64,000 bases of DNA from contig JAAYEM010000021.1 in the NCBI GenBank assembly GCA_012728725.1, forward strand, positions 5,715 to 69,714, read 5' to 3'. This DNA comes from Tissierellia bacterium (GTDB taxonomy: Bacteria; Bacillota; Clostridia; Tissierellales; Tepidimicrobiaceae). Positions 58,095 through 64,000 of this stretch are shown here, piece after piece (position 1 is the first letter of the stretch; each line of letters opens with the position of its first letter). Below the pieces are notes generated by a model. That model was not told the DNA's origin and ran no database searches. It saw only the letters and a program-made list of their open reading frames with translations. The position numbers and the translations under genes are program-made.

Positions 58095-58550
58095 TCACCT
58101 CTTTGTAAGGATTATGTAGAGAATTCCCATTATTACTGAACTACCAACTCCATAAACTAATACGGGACCTGCAATAATAAACATACGGGCGGCTACTCCA
58201 AATATAAATCCTTCCCTTTTAAATTCCATGGCTGGTGAAACAATTGAATTAGCAAATCCTGTAATAGGAACTGTGGCTCCTGCCCCTCCATGTTTTCCTA
58301 TCTTGTCATAAATCCCCAGTCCTGTTAACAAGGAGCCTAGGAAAATAAGTATAATAGAAGTGCCAATGGCAACAGTTTTTTCATCCAAATTATAGCTAAA
58401 TAATATATTTCTTATTACCTGCCCTAGTGTACATATAAGCCCTCCTATTAAAAAAGCATTGATTGCATTCTTTAGATAGATGGGTTTTGGTATTTTTTCT
58501 TCAACAAATTTTTGATAATCTTTATTAGTCATTTTGTCCATAAATTTCAC
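58095..58550 (-). CDS. spoVAC: Stage V sporulation protein AC
   Basis: 151 aa (GGAGATVPITGFAN). Confidence 0.9.
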   Translation of the reverse strand: MKFMDKMTNKDYQKFVEEKIPKPIYLKNAINAFLIGGLICTLGQVIRNILFSYNLDEKTVAIGTSIILIFLGSLLTGLGIYDKIGKHGGAGATVPITGFANSIVSPAMEFKREGFIFGVAARMFIIAGPVLVYGVGSSVIMGILYIILTKR

Positions 58551-58552
58551 CC

Positions 58553-58957
58553 CTATCTTCTTAAAAATATAAGCCAGTAATACAGTGAACCAATTAATTT
58601 ACCAAATATCAAAGCATATATTATATATGCTAGTTCATGTTTGACTTTGAGTTTTTTAGCAAATACGGGTATTACATTTAATACTTCTGCTAGAGCAGAT
58701 GAAAATAAACCTATAAAGGTCCCCATAATTAAACCTACTGGTATGGCAATATACTTATTTAGTTTTAAATTGAAATCTGAAAAATAAATAAAGCTAAAAA
58801 TAGTAAACCCTATAGTAAGGGTATATTCAAATAATTTCATATGACTACTTGTCTCTGTAACCTGAACCAACCTAGGCACAACCTTAAGCAAGGTCAAAAA
58901 AGCAGCAGCTGCACTACCAATAGTAATACCTGCTGACAATCCAATAAGAGGAATCAA
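58553..58957 (-). CDS. spoVAB: Stage V sporulation protein AB
   Basis: 134 aa, a 4-TM protein at the spoVAB position; overlaps the spoVAA stop by 4 nt. Confidence 0.8.
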   Translation of the reverse strand: MIPLIGLSAGITIGSAAAAFLTLLKVVPRLVQVTETSSHMKLFEYTLTIGFTIFSFIYFSDFNLKLNKYIAIPVGLIMGTFIGLFSSALAEVLNVIPVFAKKLKVKHELAYIIYALIFGKLIGSLYYWLIFLRR

Positions 58958-59619
58958 TATTGCTTTCCCATAATCCCACCACCAGCATCATTTTTTTCAC
59001 TATCCTTCAATTCATTAAGTATACTATCCTCTATATCCCTATCATAAAGAAATAGCTCTAGCTCCATAGGTCCTGGCTCCTGTCTCCTACGCTTGCTAAA
59101 GCTGAATACCCTGCTAAAAAAGGTAAACATACCTATTCCAGTACCTAAAGATAAGGGTATGGTTAGTATTAGAGGGTTTTCCTTTTTAACCCCCGTTATG
59201 GTATAGTATACCTTTTCCATGGTTTTATTCATGCCCACATCTTCATAGAAATTGATAATGGCCACTGCTGCTCCAAAGAATAAAACTGCCATGACTAAAG
59301 AAATTTTTAATGCTTTTAATAGGCTATTTTCCTCTTCCTTTCCCTTTACCTCCAATAAAACATCTGGTCCACCTATTATAGTAATATCTACATTATCTAT
59401 AGTTTCCAATATTTTTTTTACAATATCCTTTCCCGATATATAATCATAAGCTTCCCTATCTTTGCCATTATAAACTTTAAGCCTTTCCACCTTTTTCTTT
59501 ATGTTCTCGTCTGTACAATAAACTTCCCCAATATCTTCTATGTATACATGGGTATTCAAATCTACAGAATACTTGCTTTCCAGTTTAATATATACCTGCT
59601 CCCTATCTATATCCATCAC
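58954..59619 (-). CDS. spoVAA: Stage V sporulation protein AA
   Basis: 221 aa; INFYEDVGM and the PGPMELELF region match B. subtilis SpoVAA (MNFHEDVSM ... PSPLEVEMF). Confidence 0.85.
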   Translation of the reverse strand: MMDIDREQVYIKLESKYSVDLNTHVYIEDIGEVYCTDENIKKKVERLKVYNGKDREAYDYISGKDIVKKILETIDNVDITIIGGPDVLLEVKGKEEENSLLKALKISLVMAVLFFGAAVAIINFYEDVGMNKTMEKVYYTITGVKKENPLILTIPLSLGTGIGMFTFFSRVFSFSKRRRQEPGPMELELFLYDRDIEDSILNELKDSEKNDAGGGIMGKQY

Positions 59620-59779
59620 CCTTTAAATTGTAATTTAATACCAGTTTTGCCCTTTTGGGAATTTCTTTATTAGTTCCCTGTTCCCTATACCATAAATAAC
59701 AGCCTAATATAACTAATAGGAATATAAGCATAATTATTATATTTTTTTTGCTCCTGTATTTTTTTATATACCTGTACAT
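59603..59779 (-). CDS. Unannotated small membrane protein (58 aa) overlapping the spoVAA start
   Basis: ATG at 59779 preceded by GGGGTGA. Translates to MYRYIKKYRSKKNIIIMLIFLLVILGCYLWYREQGTNKEIPKRAKLVLNYNLKGDGYR* (basic N-terminus plus one TM helix). Its stop lies 11-14 nt inside spoVAA, whose own RBS is poor, which suggests translational coupling. Confidence 0.35.
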   Translation of the reverse strand: MYRYIKKYRSKKNIIIMLIFLLVILGCYLWYREQGTNKEIPKRAKLVLNYNLKGDGYR

Positions 59780-59829
59780 AAAATCACCCCAATCAATAAT
59801 TATTATTCTCTTTTATAATTTTTTAATTC

Positions 59830-59859
59830 AAAAAAAAATAAGGCATTGAATCATGCCTT
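59830..59859 (-). terminator. Intrinsic terminator after sigF
   Basis: AAGGCAT-N6-ATGCCTT hairpin overlapping the sigF stop codon, followed by T9 on the minus strand. Confidence 0.75.
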
Positions 59860-60609
59860 GGCCAACATCTTTTTCATCTCTTCTATTATTCTCTTTTCTA
59901 TCCTAGATACCTGAACCTGGGAAATTCCCAGTAATTTAGCCACCTGAGTCTGGGTTTTATCTTTAAAATATCTTAATATGATAACCTGTCTATCCCTTTC
60001 CTTTAATTGGGATAACATCTCTTTCAACATTATATTCTCAATTAACTCCTTTTCATTATCCTCTTCTAGGCTAACTTTATCTATTAAAAATAATGGATTA
60101 CCCTCATTTTGATGAATTACATCGTATAGATAGTCTGGTTGATAGGAAGATTCTAATGCCATTACTATCTCTTCCTTATCCATATTTAGCTCATCGGCTA
60201 TTTCTTGAATAGTAGGTTCCCTGCCTAGAACTTTAATTAGCTTTTCTTGGGCATATTTCACCTTATTGGCTGTCTGTTTTAATGATCTGCTTACCTTTAT
60301 AATTCCATCATCCCTTAAGAATCTTTTTATCTCTCCGGCAATCATAGGTACCGCATAAGTTGAAAATTTTACATCGTAGGAAGGGTCAAATTTATCTATT
60401 GCCTTAAGTAGGCCAATACTTCCTATCTGAAACAAGTCCTCCATATCGTATCCCCTGTTTGCAAATCCTCTTAATACGCTTTTTATAAGACCTATATTGT
60501 AATGTACTAGTTTATCCTTAGCTTCCTTATCCCCCTTTTGAGCCAGGGAAATTAATTCAATAGTTTCCTCATGGCTTAATAATGTATTGTCTCTATTCTC
60601 TGCATCCAT
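59851..60609 (-). CDS. sigF: Forespore early sigma factor sigma-F
   Basis: 252 aa (FQIGSIGLLKAIDKFD, KFSTYAVPMIAGEIKRFLRDDG, GISQVQVSRIEK), downstream of spoIIAA-AB. Confidence 0.95.
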   Translation of the reverse strand: MDAENRDNTLLSHEETIELISLAQKGDKEAKDKLVHYNIGLIKSVLRGFANRGYDMEDLFQIGSIGLLKAIDKFDPSYDVKFSTYAVPMIAGEIKRFLRDDGIIKVSRSLKQTANKVKYAQEKLIKVLGREPTIQEIADELNMDKEEIVMALESSYQPDYLYDVIHQNEGNPLFLIDKVSLEEDNEKELIENIMLKEMLSQLKERDRQVIILRYFKDKTQTQVAKLLGISQVQVSRIEKRIIEEMKKMLAKA

Positions 60610-60614
60610 GGTAT

Positions 60615-61055
60615 CTACTCCCTATCAGAGAGACTTTTAAAATTCTTAATCATTTTAACCCTGGTACCCTTACCTACCTGGCTTTCCACCTCTAGCCCAT
60701 CCATAAAGGTCTCCATAACGGTAAAGCCCATCCCAGACCTTTCTAAATCAGGTTTAGATGTATAAAAGGGCTCCATGGCCTTATCAATATCCTCAATTCC
60801 CTTCCCTTTATCTTCTACTATTATCTCAATTCTATTATCCTCAATAGTTGCCTCTATTATCACCATTCCTTCCTTATATTCATAACCATGAATGATGGAG
60901 TTGGTCACAGCTTCAGACACAGCAGTTTTTATATCTGATAACTCCTCAATAGTAGGATCTAACTGAGATGCGAAAGCAGCTACCACAACCCTAGCAAAGG
61001 ATTCATTATTAGATTTGCTTAAAAATTCCAACCTCATGTAATTTCTTTCTACCAT
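60615..61055 (-). CDS. spoIIAB: Anti-sigma-F factor / serine kinase SpoIIAB
   Basis: 146 aa with a GHKL ATPase fold ([24 protein letters not shown]). Confidence 0.95.
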   Translation of the reverse strand: MVERNYMRLEFLSKSNNESFARVVVAAFASQLDPTIEELSDIKTAVSEAVTNSIIHGYEYKEGMVIIEATIEDNRIEIIVEDKGKGIEDIDKAMEPFYTSKPDLERSGMGFTVMETFMDGLEVESQVGKGTRVKMIKNFKSLSDRE

Positions 61056-61067
61056 TTTTCCCCCTCC

Positions 61068-61400
61068 CTAGCCCTTTATAATTTCATCAATACTTGAATA
61101 TAAATTAACTATCTTCAATAGTCCAGACATTTTTAAAATCCTTTCTATATGGGGATTAGTACTAATAATCGAAAGATTACCTTTTCTTTCTTTACAATTT
61201 TTATATCTTCCCATTATAAGTCCAATGCCTGAACTATCCATAAAATTCAAACCCCTTAAATCCAAAACCATATTTAATAGGTTATTGCTAAAATAAAGCT
61301 GGTCAATTTTCTTTCTTAGCTCCTCAGATGTATGATGGTCTAGTTCACCTTCCAATTTGATTATAAGATGATCCTTTATTGTATCCGTTGAAAATCGCAA
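61068..61400 (-). CDS. spoIIAA: Anti-anti-sigma-F factor SpoIIAA (STAS domain)
   Basis: Contains GELDHHT and the phosphorylatable Ser in FMDSSGIG. I prefer the TTG at 61400, 5 nt after GGGAGGGG; the TTG at 61415 used by the track lies within that RBS. Confidence 0.9.
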   Translation of the reverse strand: MRFSTDTIKDHLIIKLEGELDHHTSEELRKKIDQLYFSNNLLNMVLDLRGLNFMDSSGIGLIMGRYKNCKERKGNLSIISTNPHIERILKMSGLLKIVNLYSSIDEIIKG

Positions 61401-61430
61401 ACTATCCCCTCCCAATATCTACTTCTACTT

Positions 61431-61462
61431 ATAATTCTATCTATTGGGCCCTTTATCCTTCA
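61431..61462 (-). promoter_or_regulatory. Candidate sigma-H-type promoter of the spoIIA operon
   Basis: The minus strand has GAAGGATAAA, 12-15 nt of spacer, then GAATTA, which resembles the sigma-H consensus (AGGAWWW ... GAAT). It lies about 35 nt upstream of the spoIIAA RBS. Confidence 0.4.
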
Positions 61463-61492
61463 TAGAAAAACCACAAGTTTTGTAGTAAAATG

Positions 61493-61518
61493 AAAAAAAG
61501 AGTCTTTTAAGACTCTTT
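61493..61518 (-). terminator. Intrinsic terminator after folD
   Basis: AAAGAGTC-TTTTAA-GACTCTTT hairpin abutting the folD stop codon, with a T-run on the minus strand. Confidence 0.75.
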
Positions 61519-62363
61519 TAGGCATTTTTACAGGCTAAAACTACCTGACTCAATAGTATTGAAGTTGTTACGCTTCCAACTCCTCCAGGTACTGGGGTTA
61601 TTTTATCTACTAATGGAGAAACCTTATCGTAATCTGCATCACCACTTAATTTTCCATCCTCATCTAAACTTACACCTACATCAATCACTATGGAATCTTC
61701 CTTAAAATATTTTTCATCAAAAAATTTAGCTTTACCCAGAGCTACCACTACTATATCTGCATTTCTAGTAATCTCTGGCAGATTCTTAGTTCTGGAATGG
61801 CAAATGGTAACGGTGGCATTCTGCTCTAATAGCATCATAACCAAGGGCTTTCCTACTACCATACTTCTATTTACTACTACCACATTCTTACCCTCTAAAG
61901 GTATATCATAATATTTAAGTATTTCCATAGCTGCTTTGGGAGTACAGGGAGCAAATCCAGTCATATTTCCTTCAAATATCTTTTCTAAATTTAATGGATG
62001 CATACAATCTACATCCTTTAATGGGCTAATAACATTTCTGATAGCCTCTTCGTCAATATGTTTTGGTAGTGGCCTGAATACTAGTATCCCTGAAATCTCC
62101 CTATCCCCATTTAGTTCTTCAATCAATTCAGTTAGCTCTTGGGTGCTGATATCTTCATCCCTTTCATAAACTTTGGATTTGATGCCTACTGCATCACAAT
62201 TTTTAATTATGCTCCTTTCATAGGAAATATCTCCTGGATTATTTCCTAGTCTAACTATGGCTAGAGTGGGAACCTTATCCTCTTTTGCCAGCTCTTCAAT
62301 ATCCTTTTTCATCTGTTCCTTAATTTGATCAGCAACAGCCTTGCCTCTTAATACTTCTGCCAT
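61518..62363 (-). CDS. folD: Bifunctional methylenetetrahydrofolate dehydrogenase/cyclohydrolase
   Basis: 281 aa (LRGKAVA, GFAPCTP, GKNVVVVNRSMVVGKP, TPVPGGVG). Confidence 0.95.
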   Translation of the reverse strand: MAEVLRGKAVADQIKEQMKKDIEELAKEDKVPTLAIVRLGNNPGDISYERSIIKNCDAVGIKSKVYERDEDISTQELTELIEELNGDREISGILVFRPLPKHIDEEAIRNVISPLKDVDCMHPLNLEKIFEGNMTGFAPCTPKAAMEILKYYDIPLEGKNVVVVNRSMVVGKPLVMMLLEQNATVTICHSRTKNLPEITRNADIVVVALGKAKFFDEKYFKEDSIVIDVGVSLDEDGKLSGDADYDKVSPLVDKITPVPGGVGSVTTSILLSQVVLACKNA

Positions 62364-62713
62364 ATTCTTTCCTCCTTTAATTTTATGTAAATTTTAATCT
62401 TATTCTATGAATTTTGGTTAATTTATATAAAATTTTAGACTATGTTAATTGTTTAACAATTTTATTATATCACAAAATTCCATACAAACAAAGAAAATTA
62501 AAAAATTTCAAATAATATTCTCCATGTACTATTCTCCAGGAACTTCTTTATAAAATAATTATAAATCTATTGGTACCATTCCATTAGGTTCCTCTATTTA
62601 CAATAATTGATATTACCACCATTGTCAAGGCTGGACTTACAAAATGCTGTCAAAAAGGTAATATTTTCGCTTTTATAAGACTTGTAGCTAAAACTCAAAA
62701 AACAAGCATAATT

Positions 62714-62741
62714 AAAGCCATTACCTTGGGGTAATGGCTTT
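62714..62741 (-). terminator. Intrinsic terminator after folT
   Basis: AAAGCCATTACC-TTGG-GGTAATGGCTTT, a perfect 12-bp stem, with GTTTTTTG downstream on the minus strand. Confidence 0.75.
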
Positions 62742-62745
62742 AATT

Positions 62746-63276
62746 TTAATGTTGAAAGGCTATAGATAGTCTACTTGCTAGTATTTTAGTTACATAAGCG
62801 TATAAAGGAATTTGTATAGCTTGGGTTATGGCCCTTCCGGGAACTGTAGTAACCATTGGTATGCTAAATAAGCTTTGCATAAAGTATGGTGTCATAATTA
62901 CTGAAGTAACTATTTGACCTACGCCTATTGCCAACAGTAGTTTCCAGAAGGAAGTTTTATCTTCCTTTTCTTTGAATCCCATCATAATAAGTCCTGGTAT
63001 AATACCTGTTAGGGCTGCCACCAAGGTAAAATGGGGCATAAAGGGTCCCATGGGACTTATAATCATACCTACTATATCACCAACTGCTCCTACAATCCCT
63101 CCAGCTATTGGACCAAATATTATGCCTGCAAGGATTACTGGATAGCCACCAAATCCTATTCTAATAGCTTCTGTTCCTGCAGCACCAATCCTAATGCTGA
63201 AAAACCTTGTCAATATGACATTTAAGGCTATAAGCAAGGCATAATAGACCAAATTCCTTATGGATAATTTCCCCAT
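62746..63276 (-). CDS. folT: ECF-transporter S component for folate (FolT family)
   Basis: 176 aa, a 5-6 TM S-component. It lies directly downstream of a THF riboswitch and next to folD. Confidence 0.8.
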   Translation of the reverse strand: MGKLSIRNLVYYALLIALNVILTRFFSIRIGAAGTEAIRIGFGGYPVILAGIIFGPIAGGIVGAVGDIVGMIISPMGPFMPHFTLVAALTGIIPGLIMMGFKEKEDKTSFWKLLLAIGVGQIVTSVIMTPYFMQSLFSIPMVTTVPGRAITQAIQIPLYAYVTKILASRLSIAFQH

Positions 63277-63339
63277 AAAAAAAGCCTCCTTTCATAAAAT
63301 GATATGGCAGAACCGCCACATCAAGAAAGTAGGCATACC

Positions 63340-63450
63340 TTCCGTGTGCAGCGAACGCGATAGCTCAACGCAAGCCCCGGGGCTTTTCGTTCAGAGGCAA
63401 CGTTCCATCCTCTGACACTTTACGCGAACTATCTACTCTGCCATTGGTAA
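63340..63450 (-). promoter_or_regulatory. THF (tetrahydrofolate, folT-motif) riboswitch
   Basis: The minus strand reads GGCAGAGTAGATAGTTCGCGTAAAGTGTCAGAGGATGGAACGTTGCCTCTGAACGAAAAGCCCCGGGGCTTGCGTTGAGCTATCGCGTTCGCTGC. The AGAGTAGAT..TTCGCGT.AAGTGT start and the ..GCGTTGAGC.ATCGCGTTCGC pseudoknot region match the THF-I consensus as I recall it. TTGATT-17-TATATT promoter upstream. Confidence 0.85.
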
Positions 63451-63563
63451 TTATTTAATTTTATAAAATAATACCTAAATATAATATACCCAATTATTAT
63501 TGATTAATCAACAAAAATATTACCAACAATTTTAAAGATTGGTCTATTCCATCTAAATTTTAA

Positions 63564-64000
63564 TTATAGATTGAAGGCTGAACATAACACATTTACAGCT
63601 TTCTCTTTATCAGATGCATTAATGGTATAAGATATACTTATTTCTGAAGTAGTAACTTGTTTAAAACTAATATCATTATCTGCAAATAGGCTGAATACCT
63701 TATAGGCAACCCCTGGCTCAGTTCTCATTCCTAAACCTACTACTGAAACTTTTGTTATATTGGTGTCTTTTTGCACCTCTATATCATCGAATTCCTCTTT
63801 TAACTCTTTCCCAATCTCATCAACAATGGACTCATCCTCTTTAGAAGTGGTAAAGGAAATGTTGACAAATCCTTCCCTTGGTGATGTCTGGCTTATCATA
63901 TCAATATTTACTTCTTGCCTTGCAAATTTACCAAAAATATTTGATATATTTTTTAGTGAATAGGGCACTTTATTTATTGTAACCATCAATACATCGTCAT
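63564..64000 (-). CDS. Aspartate kinase, C-terminal tandem ACT regulatory domains (5' end outside the window)
   Basis: ITKVSVVGLGMRTEPGVAYKVFSLFADNDISFKQVTTSEISISYTI is typical of an aspartokinase ACT region. The frame stays open upstream of the track start (…DDVLMVT) to the window edge. Confidence 0.8.
   Translation of the reverse strand, partial: DDVLMVTINKVPYSLKNISNIFGKFARQEVNIDMISQTSPREGFVNISFTTSKEDESIVDEIGKELKEEFDDIEVQKDTNITKVSVVGLGMRTEPGVAYKVFSLFADNDISFKQVTTSEISISYTINASDKEKAVNVLCSAFNL

Noticed and set aside
62364-62745. ZTP (pfl) riboswitch upstream of folD
   Set aside because: ZTP riboswitches often precede folD and pur genes. However, the conserved GC-rich cores (GGGTCGTGAC... / CCGCCTGGGCA) are absent, and the region is almost entirely A/T.

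Overview
Low-GC window from the chromosome core of an endospore-forming, amino-acid-fermenting Clostridia-type Firmicute. Nearly all genes are on the minus strand. Reading left to right:
- leuS and asnS, each behind a T-box leader, then rarA.
- A complete oxidative ornithine (Stickland) degradation operon (ord-ortA-ortB-oraS-oraE-reactivase-orr). It is driven by a textbook sigma-54 -24/-12 promoter and preceded by its PAS/AAA+ enhancer-binding protein.
- pgeF, nrdR, ylmC.
- The sporulation/division supercluster sigG-sigE-spoIIGA-ftsZ-sbp-DUF881x2-divIB-murA-murG-ftsW-murD-mraY-murE-spoVD-ftsL-rsmH-mraZ.
- lgt, a frameshifted YhcN/YlaJ spore lipoprotein gene, ychF, and a DUF45 peptidase.
- A two-gene encapsulin nanocompartment operon (encapsulated ferritin plus family-1 shell).
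- deoC-pduL and aroA-aroB-aroC.
- A membrane-embedded nuclease-fold protein with a DUF1461/Lit-like partner, then yebC, nadE, a split TauE/SafE pair, hflX, yunB and PBP1A.
- spoVAA-AEb, spoIIAA-AB-sigF, folD, a THF-riboswitch-controlled folT, and the 3' part of an aspartate kinase.

I do not see a convincing undescribed multi-gene system; the window is mostly ordinary core genome. The items most worth a second look are:
- the self-contained EncFtn/encapsulin module;
- a 374-bp non-coding gap upstream of aroC, dense in TTTACTAA/TTAGTAAA words, with an orphan terminator (candidate sRNA);
- the membrane-anchored PD-(D/E)XK-like protein overlapping a Lit-like gene;
- a one-base frameshift in the spore lipoprotein gene;
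- several unannotated small ORFs and operator-like repeats.
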